Part shown: piece by piece, positions 48,341 through 57,692 of the stretch
How the letters are laid out: each line of letters starts with the position of its first letter
Position numbering within the stretch: the first letter of the stretch is position 1
Notes under the pieces: generated by a model
What the model saw: only the letters and a program-made list of their open reading frames with translations
The model's database searches: none
What the model was told of the DNA's origin: nothing
Program-made: the position numbers and the translations under genes
IMG/VR virus record: IMGVR_UViG_3300031758_000006
Source of the DNA: a virus
DNA: 64,000 bases
Direction: 5' to 3' (one strand)

Positions 48341-50449
48341 TTAGAATGGTGCTGAGTCGTTAGCGTACCAGTCAGTACCATTACTAATAAATGTTGTTTT
48401 AGTATATACAGCTGTTGGTAAGTTTTGAGCTATACCAACCCCATTTATTTTAGCTCCTCCACTACCAACAACAAAAGCACTGTTAGTGTTATTAGTTCTA
48501 ATTAGAATAACCTCTTTACCATCTCTAGCTGTTGGTAGATAAATGGTACCACCAGGTCCTGAAGTGTTATAAAATACAATACTATCGTTATCCGTTAAAT
48601 TCGGATCCGCTAACGCGTCAACCATTGTTGTTTTATAATTTACTGGTCCAGTAAATTGTGTTTCACCAAGGTACACAGTGTTTGGGGTTGTTGCGGTCAA
48701 ACTACTTGTGTTAATTAATACTACATCATTAGTTAACACTAGATTACCACTACCCCCGACAGTATTTGATCCATCCCCAACGATTGTATTCCCTAGCCCA
48801 CCAAGTACATGAGATGTTTCACCAGTTATGTCGTTACTTGCACCACCAAAAACAGATGACCCAGCTCCAACTACACTATTCCTCGATCCACCCAAAATTG
48901 TTGATGTGTCCCCAGAAGTTGAATTAAATCTACCCCCACCGATAAATGAGTTATTGGAATATATTGTATTATCTTTACCTGCACCAACGGATGAGTAGTC
49001 ACCAAATACCACACTTTCACCACCAACTTTGGTAATTCCAGTTATTGGGATTGGTGTTGGTCCGTCGGGATTTAAAATTATATCCCCGGTTCTACCAGAA
49101 TATGTCCCACCTGTTATACAACAATCAGCGTCAGTGAAACCAGTGACAATTATATCTTGATTGTTATCATATCTTAAATTTAAAGTACCAGTGGTGTTAT
49201 CATATGACCCACTAGTAATGTAAGTTGTTTTTGGGAATTCAAAAACCCTAACAAACCCATCACCATCAACCCCAATAGGGTCAATACCCGATAATGGTAC
49301 TGGTATAGTTGTATATGTTACAGATGTTGGGTCACTATTGTTAAATAAATTTAATTGATCAACATATACTGTATTATCCGAAAAACCACTAATGTTACTA
49401 CCACCAAGAATCACAGAATTATTACCAACTAGGTAGGAATTATTTGACAAAACATGTGAAGTATCTCCAGATACAAAGTTACCGTATCCAACAGACGATG
49501 ACGTGGAACCTAAAACAGTGTTGTATATTCCACCACCAACTGTTGATCCAACACCTTCGACTGTATTAAATCTACCACCAAGTACGGATGAATATTCTAA
49601 AACAGTTTTATTGTCCATACCACCAGCGATTACCGAAGACCCACCCTCAATCATATTTAATGATCCACCACCAATGAATGATGATTCGGATTTAATTTCA
49701 TTTAAATACCCACCACCAATAACTGATAGATCAGAAGATATTGAGTTATTTATACCGGTGTTTATTGATGAATTACTTGATGTGATTATATTACAAATAC
49801 CATTATTAATAACTGATTGTTCTCCGGAAATTTGATTTCTAAATCCATTCCCGATTGACGAAAGTGATCCGTTAACAGTATTCGACACACCATTTAAAAT
49901 TGATCCGTTTTGTGAGTTTACGGTGTTACCCTGTCCATTCAGTATTACTGACGATGATTTTGAGATAACATTTGACGACCCACCACCTACTAAACTATGA
50001 TCACCAGTAACTATATTACCGATACCATTTGTTACCGTTGAATAGTTCGAATTTACTGTATTTGTTAAACCGTTAGAGATTGTCGAGTAGTTACCAAATA
50101 GGTTATTATTCAACCCATTGTTTATCACACTAGTCGAACCAGTTATAATATTATTAGATCCACCAATTATAACCGAGTAACTAGAACTATTTTCAGATAT
50201 TCTATTTGATTTACCACCAGAAATTACTGTAAAGTCGGACTGTGAAAAATTATCATAACCACCAGCTACCGAGTCATTACCAACCAATGTATTGCCATAA
50301 CCACCCAATACGGTTGATCTAACACCGTTTGATGTATTTTTACCACCTCCAGATATTGTTGAGTAAGAACCAAGACTAATATTACCTAATCTGTCTCTCA
50401 CTGTTGTGGTGCTCCCACCATTCACATCTGTTATAATTATTTCTGTCAT
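48341..50449 (-). CDS. fibre/adhesin-like protein with SxIxGGxxN repeats
   Basis: Two blocks of ~15-aa Ser/Gly/Asn repeats, two ITxGxY shaft modules and a C-terminal beta domain ending FISNGTDWY. Confidence 0.7.
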   Translation of the reverse strand: MTEIIITDVNGGSTTTVRDRLGNISLGSYSTISGGGKNTSNGVRSTVLGGYGNTLVGNDSVAGGYDNFSQSDFTVISGGKSNRISENSSSYSVIIGGSNNIITGSTSVINNGLNNNLFGNYSTISNGLTNTVNSNYSTVTNGIGNIVTGDHSLVGGGSSNVISKSSSVILNGQGNTVNSQNGSILNGVSNTVNGSLSSIGNGFRNQISGEQSVINNGICNIITSSNSSINTGINNSISSDLSVIGGGYLNEIKSESSFIGGGSLNMIEGGSSVIAGGMDNKTVLEYSSVLGGRFNTVEGVGSTVGGGIYNTVLGSTSSSVGYGNFVSGDTSHVLSNNSYLVGNNSVILGGSNISGFSDNTVYVDQLNLFNNSDPTSVTYTTIPVPLSGIDPIGVDGDGFVRVFEFPKTTYITSGSYDNTTGTLNLRYDNNQDIIVTGFTDADCCITGGTYSGRTGDIILNPDGPTPIPITGITKVGGESVVFGDYSSVGAGKDNTIYSNNSFIGGGRFNSTSGDTSTILGGSRNSVVGAGSSVFGGASNDITGETSHVLGGLGNTIVGDGSNTVGGSGNLVLTNDVVLINTSSLTATTPNTVYLGETQFTGPVNYKTTMVDALADPNLTDNDSIVFYNTSGPGGTIYLPTARDGKEVILIRTNNTNSAFVVGSGGAKINGVGIAQNLPTAVYTKTTFISNGTDWYANDSAPF

Positions 50450-50472
50450 AATTTATTTTTTTCTTTTTTTTA

Positions 50473-51918
50473 TTATGGGGTACATGGATTTAATAATGAA
50501 GGATCATTAGTTAATCCTACTTGCCAGTACGTATCACCACTACAAACTACAGTTGGGTTAAAACTTTTACCACAAGCTGTTACAGTATGTGGGTTCGGAT
50601 CTATATGACACTTAGGTGTCCCGTCCCAAGCTTGAATATTTAATTGTGAAGCTATGTTAGTTATTTTACAACCAAACATATATGGCCAAGAAGCGTTACC
50701 AATTAAAGCTGGACCAAAACCAACTATAGGTCCAACAAATGGTGGATAATTGATTGGGTTTATCGTGTTATTAACATACCAAGTTGTATTTGGATTTAAT
50801 AGTGGTTGTTTATTTGGACTACCAGCCTGTATTAAACCAATTACTTTCCAAGTACCACCAAATTGAGCGAACATAGCTGAACCAGAATCACCTTTAAAAC
50901 CTGGAAAAGCACATAACTCACCAGTTGGTGAATATCTAGCAAAACTCATCAAATCTTGATATATAATCGGGGTTTGTAACCCCTGCATTGATTGGGTGTA
51001 TTCGTAAATCACACTCAGTAGATGTATTCGTAGCGAACAAACACCTTCTTTACCTCCGGAAGTTCTACCAGCACTTATAATCGAATCAGCTGGAGTTAAT
51101 GAATTTATTTCCAAGTTGGTAGCGAATGGTTGAGGAGCTGTTATTGAGGATAAACCCAACTGTCTCCAAGAAGCGTTCGGACCTGAAGTACTTATAGTTT
51201 GATTTCCTTGTGCGTCAAATTGATCGATACTGACAATTGCAGCATCTGAAATATTTATACCATCAACAGGAAAAACATTACTAAATACAGGAACATACCT
51301 AAGTACAATCCCAAATGACCTGTCAAAGTTGGTACCAACAAATGGATCCGATAACCCAGGTTGATAAGCGTTTATCGCGGAACCCACGCCACTTGGGTAA
51401 GTTACGTTTGAAATACCACCATTTAATTGTCTATCACCAGTATAGAATGGGTCGTTTATTACAACGTGGTTATTAGTTAAACCAACATAACAACCTGTTT
51501 CTCCATCCACAGCTATCAAACCTAATGTTCCAGAACCAGCTATATTTGAAGGACCTAAAGAAATACCACCTTGTAACGGCCTTAAATAGTTCCTATTTGC
51601 TGGTGGGGTAATCGTCCAGTTCCAACAAGTTGGACTTAGGTCCGGGTTTGGTCCGGCACAATAAAATGCGTATGGTTCCGCCTCTGAAAAAGCTACAACA
51701 TCTGTGGGGTAAGTAACTCCATCAACTGTCATTTCTTTTGGGAATACTTCACCACTAGATAAAGAACTCAAAGGTTTCTTTTCTTTAACAATTAACGTAA
51801 ATGATTTTTCATTTGTTAATTGACCATCTTTAATTTTAAATCCGAACCCAACACCAACTTTATCAATGTTTGATTTATATATAGACTTTAATTTTTCCTT
51901 AATTGAGTCTGTGACCAT
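50473..51918 (-). CDS. trypsin-like (S1, Nal1-type architecture) serine protease
   Basis: Triad LTNNHVV / SDAAIV / GDSGS. N-terminal GVGFGFK...KK.LSSL...YPTDV domain as in Nal1-like proteases. Confidence 0.75.
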   Translation of the reverse strand: MVTDSIKEKLKSIYKSNIDKVGVGFGFKIKDGQLTNEKSFTLIVKEKKPLSSLSSGEVFPKEMTVDGVTYPTDVVAFSEAEPYAFYCAGPNPDLSPTCWNWTITPPANRNYLRPLQGGISLGPSNIAGSGTLGLIAVDGETGCYVGLTNNHVVINDPFYTGDRQLNGGISNVTYPSGVGSAINAYQPGLSDPFVGTNFDRSFGIVLRYVPVFSNVFPVDGINISDAAIVSIDQFDAQGNQTISTSGPNASWRQLGLSSITAPQPFATNLEINSLTPADSIISAGRTSGGKEGVCSLRIHLLSVIYEYTQSMQGLQTPIIYQDLMSFARYSPTGELCAFPGFKGDSGSAMFAQFGGTWKVIGLIQAGSPNKQPLLNPNTTWYVNNTINPINYPPFVGPIVGFGPALIGNASWPYMFGCKITNIASQLNIQAWDGTPKCHIDPNPHTVTACGKSFNPTVVCSGDTYWQVGLTNDPSLLNPCTP

Positions 51919-51944
51919 TGTTATTGTTATTTTTTTAGTTTATA

Positions 51945-53585
51945 TTATCCAACTCTTTGTGTTGAGAACCTAACATAATCATCAGGTGCTACAGTTGTGT
52001 AGTTTAATCCTGTTGTATTAAGTACTCTAACACATAATTGGTCACCAGCGTTTAGTAACACACCCCATTGTCCACCGTTAATATCAGCGTATTTTTGAAT
52101 GTTTGACGTGTAGAATGTACTTGAAGCGTAAACCTCACCAGTAACAACATCAACAATACCAGCGTAAATCATACCCTCAGCTAATGAATACCACCCATTA
52201 ACCGCGTCTGGACCAGTTAAATGAACATAAAAACTCATGTTCCATCTACCACTTTGTGGACATGTCCAAATACCAGTAGCGTTATCATATGACCCGATGT
52301 AATCATTATATTGTAATGTCGGTGTTTGTGTTACCGCAACCAATGAGTTTGATAAATCATTACCTAAACCAGAAGACACACTATTTACTGGATCTGGTGA
52401 ACCTTCCGATAAGAAAGCGTCAACCACAAAGTTAACACCTGGATTAGTTGATGGTACAACAAATCCGTTAGCGTCAACCGCTAATCCGTATATTGGTGAA
52501 GTGTTTGGAAAACTTCTAATGTTAAGTTTTGGTACGTAAACCGAATCATCAACAGTTACGTTAACGTTAGATCCACCCAAAGCTACACTTCGGTTAGCAC
52601 TAACACTTGAACTTGTAGCGATTATGAATGAATCATTACCTGTAATTTTATTTGATGAACTACCTAAGATTGCTGATCTTTGTCCAGTTATTGTATTACC
52701 AAATCCACCACCGATTGTTGATGAACAAGCTGTCGTTGTTATTGTGTTCCCACTACCACCACCAATCGAAGATATTTGACCAAGTGTTGTATTACGAACC
52801 CCACCACCAATTGCTGGTGAAGCAGCATTAGCTAAGTTAAAAGAACCACCACCAACGATTGAGTTTATTTGTAAAGCCGTGTTATTTGTTCCACCACCAA
52901 TTACTGTGTTAGCACCACTAGTGAAATTACACTGACCACCTAGAATTGTTGAGTAACTAAATATACCAAACGGGTCAATGGTGTTTCTTGCACCACCACC
53001 AATAACGTTTATATTTCCTTTTCCATCAACACTTGGTAGTATTGTGTTATTATCACCACCACCAATAACACTACTTATTGATTGTGTTAGGTTACAGTTA
53101 CCCCCAAGGATTACAGAGTTAATGGCAAAAGCCCTATTAAGTTGACCACCACCTATTGTCACATTTGATTCTCGTATAGAGTTACTTGAACCACCAGCAA
53201 TAGTGTTGTCAACACCAGTAATAATATTGTTACAGATACCACCACCAATGAAACCTTCAATACCACTGATATTGTTACACGCTCCACCACCAATAGTTGA
53301 TCTCTCACTGTTCACATTAATTACGTTTCTCCAACCACCAACAATTGTACTACAAGGTGCTGACCCAGAAGCTTTTGTTGTTGATATTCGGTTACACGCT
53401 CCACCACCGATAGTTGACCATACTGGTCCAGCGGTATTTTTACAACCACCACCGACGATAGTTTCAGTTAATTGTGACGTATTTAATTGACCACCAGCTA
53501 CGGTACTACAGCTTCCGTTCGATAGGTTAGTGTTCGAATCTCTTAGTGTTGACCCAGGTCCTATACCTTGAATTATAATTGCCAT
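51945..53585 (-). CDS. fibre/adhesin-like protein, GG repeats + C1q-like head
   Basis: S(T/V)IGGGxxN repeats followed by YDNATGIWTCPQSGRWNMS...LNAGDQL (C1q-like). Confidence 0.7.
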   Translation of the reverse strand: MAIIIQGIGPGSTLRDSNTNLSNGSCSTVAGGQLNTSQLTETIVGGGCKNTAGPVWSTIGGGACNRISTTKASGSAPCSTIVGGWRNVINVNSERSTIGGGACNNISGIEGFIGGGICNNIITGVDNTIAGGSSNSIRESNVTIGGGQLNRAFAINSVILGGNCNLTQSISSVIGGGDNNTILPSVDGKGNINVIGGGARNTIDPFGIFSYSTILGGQCNFTSGANTVIGGGTNNTALQINSIVGGGSFNLANAASPAIGGGVRNTTLGQISSIGGGSGNTITTTACSSTIGGGFGNTITGQRSAILGSSSNKITGNDSFIIATSSSVSANRSVALGGSNVNVTVDDSVYVPKLNIRSFPNTSPIYGLAVDANGFVVPSTNPGVNFVVDAFLSEGSPDPVNSVSSGLGNDLSNSLVAVTQTPTLQYNDYIGSYDNATGIWTCPQSGRWNMSFYVHLTGPDAVNGWYSLAEGMIYAGIVDVVTGEVYASSTFYTSNIQKYADINGGQWGVLLNAGDQLCVRVLNTTGLNYTTVAPDDYVRFSTQRVG

Positions 53586-53669
53586 TATTAATTTTTTTTT
53601 TAAGTTGTTTATTTACTTTTCTATAAATAGTTAATATCTTGGGAAAATTTTTATTCGACTAAATTTTTT

Positions 53670-55901
53670 TTATATAATTGTTGTGGTTGTTGTTGTGTAA
53701 TCGTTTATGGTATATGTTAAATCATTAGTTTCACAATATTTTGTATCACAATTTGGACAGTCTGGATCAAACATTTCAAATTTATTTTTTAATAAATTAA
53801 AATTATGTTTAACTTCCGACGAGTTTAATGGTTCAACATACATTCTAAATTGAGTTATCCCACCCTCAAAGTAACCACCAAAATTTTGTTCTAGTAAAAT
53901 GTTAGTTTTTAATTTTGAAAATGTTGTACCACTTAATATATTATTTGGAAAACATTCTGGATCCTGAATATAATTTGATGTTAATCCGGTACAGGAAGAG
54001 AATGTTAAGTTCTCATGTAATCCTTGTGTACCCCCACCCCAAGAGATATTAAAAGGAACACCAACTTGTTTTTCTTTATCGGTATGTAAAGCTCTAGGAA
54101 TTACTTCCTCAAAGTCCTCAATAGTGAAGAACCGTTTACCGTTCACATAGATCTTTAATCTACCCATTCGATATTTTACATCATCTAACCACTTTTTATT
54201 TAAATTAACAAGTTCTACAGTTTGTGGTGTTTTAATACCATTAGTAACTGGGGGTGAAATTAATTTAACAGTATCATTAGCTAATGAATCCAAATATTTA
54301 ACCTCACTAATATCCCCAAGACCACCAAAGTATTTTAGATCACAGAAATCTAAAAATGTATACCGACTCCACACGACATCAACTTGTAACCACTTCTCGA
54401 TATCTAAAAATCCAATATTACGTTTTTCACAATAATCATAAACCCCATTTGGTGAACAATAATTAACAACCGTATATCCTGTTGTAAATGTTAAACCTGT
54501 GACAGTAGTTCCAGTTGTTTCACAAGTTCCCGTTAATTTTAAAACCCTAACACAAATTTTTGGATTTTTGGGATCACCAGAAAATTTAATAGACATAGCG
54601 TTTGATAACGAATCCCACAATGGATCCTTTTCACACGTATCCTCAATTGATTTAATCCCCTCATTTGTTGAACAATCTGTACAATCAGTACATGTTTTAC
54701 ACGTCGTACAACTTGGTGTACAAACCGGTACTTGGTATTCACAATTAGGGGTTGGACTAGGTGTGGGTGTTGGTGTGGGTGTTGGGTATTTCGTGGTAAA
54801 ACATTTGTGTGTTCTACATTCCCACCCACAAGTTTCACATGGGTCTTCACCACAACTACAACCACAAGTTAATCTTTTTTCTTTATCCCCACCACAAAGA
54901 TCACATCCATAATTTAAATGTGGATCATGTTTTCCATCTTTAGATCTTGGGGGGTAAACAAATATACATCTACTGTTTGTAATATTTTCTAAAACATAAT
55001 CAGGTGTGATTCCTGTTGTAAATACCGCTTCGACCGAACAACAAGCACAAGTTTGTAGACAATCAGCTAGTGGTGTTGTTACACGAGTATACCCGGTTAA
55101 ACATTTTGGGGACCCGTCAGCGTAATGATAAAATTTATTTTCAGCTCTGGTACCAAAATAAAAAAATGTATTTTTATTGTTTGGGTATAAAATATTTAAG
55201 GTTGTCTCACCAGATGATACCGGATACTCATCACAGAATCTAGGTCTTAACAACATCTCAACCGACCAACCCTTACTCATACGTTCTGGTAATATGTCAT
55301 AGTCATAACCAAAAAGTTTATAAAACCCTTGATAAAATCCACCATACAATTCATGGTAATATCCATAATTTGGGTGGTTTTTACTTACTATCTCATACAA
55401 TGTGTTTTGTGGTCTACCCGAAAAAATATCATATTGTTTTGTATGTCCGGTAACCTGAAACATTTTCATTCTTCGATCGTAAAATAATCTATTAAATTTA
55501 AATGGATCAACATATAAACCATTCGTGTAATTTAAACTAATTCCCGTCATCACATCAACTAAACCATTGTCAATACCAGTCAACCCAATATCACATGAGG
55601 TTGATGATGAATAGTTACAAAAATTTATGTTATCTGGATTATAAAAGTTTTGAGATACAAATACATTATTATAATTGTAATTTTTCCAAATAAGATTTGG
55701 TTGTGTTGTTGTTAAAAAATTATTTGTGTCAAAATATATAGGTAATTTATTTCCATATGTTTCAGCTATTAAGTAAGGTGAAAATAAAACTTCTTCATCG
55801 TAATCACGTTCATCAGATGTTAATGACATATCCATACTGTCAGATATAAGATTTATCTTATATTTCTGATAAACATATTGATTAATATTCTGTTGAGCCA
55901 T
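53670..55901 (-). CDS. Cys-rich structural-type protein with LamG-like C-terminus
   Basis: Likely start MAQQN at 55901. CxxC cluster and PT linker, then LKIYVNGK...FEGGITQFRMYVEPL..EVKHNF. Confidence 0.55.
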   Translation of the reverse strand: MAQQNINQYVYQKYKINLISDSMDMSLTSDERDYDEEVLFSPYLIAETYGNKLPIYFDTNNFLTTTQPNLIWKNYNYNNVFVSQNFYNPDNINFCNYSSSTSCDIGLTGIDNGLVDVMTGISLNYTNGLYVDPFKFNRLFYDRRMKMFQVTGHTKQYDIFSGRPQNTLYEIVSKNHPNYGYYHELYGGFYQGFYKLFGYDYDILPERMSKGWSVEMLLRPRFCDEYPVSSGETTLNILYPNNKNTFFYFGTRAENKFYHYADGSPKCLTGYTRVTTPLADCLQTCACCSVEAVFTTGITPDYVLENITNSRCIFVYPPRSKDGKHDPHLNYGCDLCGGDKEKRLTCGCSCGEDPCETCGWECRTHKCFTTKYPTPTPTPTPSPTPNCEYQVPVCTPSCTTCKTCTDCTDCSTNEGIKSIEDTCEKDPLWDSLSNAMSIKFSGDPKNPKICVRVLKLTGTCETTGTTVTGLTFTTGYTVVNYCSPNGVYDYCEKRNIGFLDIEKWLQVDVVWSRYTFLDFCDLKYFGGLGDISEVKYLDSLANDTVKLISPPVTNGIKTPQTVELVNLNKKWLDDVKYRMGRLKIYVNGKRFFTIEDFEEVIPRALHTDKEKQVGVPFNISWGGGTQGLHENLTFSSCTGLTSNYIQDPECFPNNILSGTTFSKLKTNILLEQNFGGYFEGGITQFRMYVEPLNSSEVKHNFNLLKNKFEMFDPDCPNCDTKYCETNDLTYTINDYTTTTTTII

Positions 55902-55971
55902 ACTTTTTAATAATAAATACAATAAATGAAAGTATTTATATTTAAAAACTAAATTGAATTACGTTTAATCA

Positions 55972-56940
55972 ATGAGCGAGAATAATAAAAATAGTGAGGT
56001 TAATCAAAAATCTATCACTGGATATTTTAAAAAATACCTTGATGGTGCTAAAAATGAGATGTCTGAAACTAGGGTGTTAGGTAAGATACTATCTAAAGCT
56101 ATTGTTGACTATAAAAAGGAAGGTAAATTTAATTTAACTGATGAAGATAAAAAATTCATTAAGGATCAATCAACGGACATATTAAAAATATTACCATTAA
56201 TTATTTTTCAAATTTTACCAGGATCTTCATTAGCTACACCATTTATTATTGAATTAAGTAAAAAACTTGGGATTAAATTGAATAGTAAGGTTCCTGAGAA
56301 ATATAAAAACAAACCAGAAAAATCTGATGGTGAAATAGATGAGGTAATTGGACCCGACGGAACGTTTAGTAGTTCCAGTTACCCAATTTTAAATCAATTG
56401 TTACACCCAAGAAAAACTATGGACCAAACTGTTAGAATGGCTAGAACAAACCAATGGCCATATATGAGAAAATATTATGGTGAATCTGAAATAGATGAAC
56501 CAAATAAATTATTAGATGAAGACGATAAATCAGAAGCTTTTGGGTTTTTGGAAACTAAAAACGCGTCGACTTGGAATCAAGCTAATCGAATTTTAAAAAA
56601 AATGGGTATTGATGATCCCGAGGAAAGATATCATAGATTAAAAGTTTTAGGTTTTGACAGAAACTTAGATAAAGAATTAAAACAAGAAAAAAAACGTGGT
56701 CGATGTAAAAAATGTTTCACCAAAAGAAAGTTAACCGAATTGGAAAAAAATAAAATGGTAAAACTTATAGACGAGGTAATTCTAAACAAAAAAAATAAAT
56801 CTGATGACGTTGTTGGGAAAAACGAAGAGAACACAATATCAAGGATATTAAAAAGAAATATTGACTCCATTAAAAAAATAGCCGAAAAAGAAGGTATAAG
56901 TGTTAATAAACTAATCCAATACTTTAAAAAAAGTGAATAA
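55972..56940 (+). CDS. hypothetical protein with N-terminal hydrophobic hairpin (LETM1-like?)
   Basis: DILKILPLIIFQILPGSSLATPFII segment; the rest is charged. Confidence 0.4.
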   Translation: MSENNKNSEVNQKSITGYFKKYLDGAKNEMSETRVLGKILSKAIVDYKKEGKFNLTDEDKKFIKDQSTDILKILPLIIFQILPGSSLATPFIIELSKKLGIKLNSKVPEKYKNKPEKSDGEIDEVIGPDGTFSSSSYPILNQLLHPRKTMDQTVRMARTNQWPYMRKYYGESEIDEPNKLLDEDDKSEAFGFLETKNASTWNQANRILKKMGIDDPEERYHRLKVLGFDRNLDKELKQEKKRGRCKKCFTKRKLTELEKNKMVKLIDEVILNKKNKSDDVVGKNEENTISRILKRNIDSIKKIAEKEGISVNKLIQYFKKSE

Positions 56941-57403
56941 AGATTTATACGGAAAGGAAATTGAGTTACCAAAAGAAATAACTGAATATCTACAAAAGTG
57001 TTTTGACATGTTCCCAGACTCAAACTCATCAACTGAGGGACACATGAGAAACAAGGAACTTCGTGATACTGGTATGGTAACTTACCAACAACTTGGTAGA
57101 ATTAAAAATTGGTTTGACAATTATACCGGGGACGGGAAAGACGCTCCCTTTATTTTAAATGGTGCTGATTATATGAGATCCTGGGTTGATAACACATTGG
57201 GAAATATGAGAAATGATGATAATCAATATAAACAGATTAGACAAGATTATGTACCAGATGATGTTAACCAAGGATTGATAGATGATCTTGGGTGGTTGGG
57301 TGATATGGTTAGACCGTCAAAAGAACATAGTAACTTAACTGACGAATTACAAATAACCGAATCTCTTAGGAGGATAAACGAAATAATGAAAAAAATAATT
57401 TAA
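56933..57403 (+). CDS. hypothetical protein
   Basis: 156-aa ORF overlapping the previous stop, ending ITESLRRINEIMKKII. Confidence 0.6.
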   Translation: MNKDLYGKEIELPKEITEYLQKCFDMFPDSNSSTEGHMRNKELRDTGMVTYQQLGRIKNWFDNYTGDGKDAPFILNGADYMRSWVDNTLGNMRNDDNQYKQIRQDYVPDDVNQGLIDDLGWLGDMVRPSKEHSNLTDELQITESLRRINEIMKKII

Positions 57404-57404
57404 C

Positions 57405-57692
57405 ATGGCTACAACAGAACATTTAGATTTTAGTCAACCAAATAATGAGTTGTCACAAATCGCTGATCAACAAAGACAAAAATTAATACCTAAAAACGAC
57501 TATAAAAGTGTTAATCCCTATTCGTCCACAAACAAAGACGCGATTAGTGATGGTGATGAATATGGTAAGGGTACTGGATCTTTTTTGGACACTACTAATG
57601 GTGGTTCATCTGTGGATAACATAGAAAGAATCAATGAAATTAAAATTAATGAATATCAAAAAACAAAACCTTACACAACACCAACAGCGTAA
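57405..57692 (+). CDS. hypothetical protein
   Basis: 95-aa ORF tightly packed in the operon. Confidence 0.6.
   Translation: MATTEHLDFSQPNNELSQIADQQRQKLIPKNDYKSVNPYSSTNKDAISDGDEYGKGTGSFLDTTNGGSSVDNIERINEIKINEYQKTKPYTTPTA

Noticed and set aside
31594-55901. Diversity-generating retroelement acting on fibre heads
   Set aside because: No reverse transcriptase and no TR/VR-like duplicated ~100-bp segment noticed in this window.
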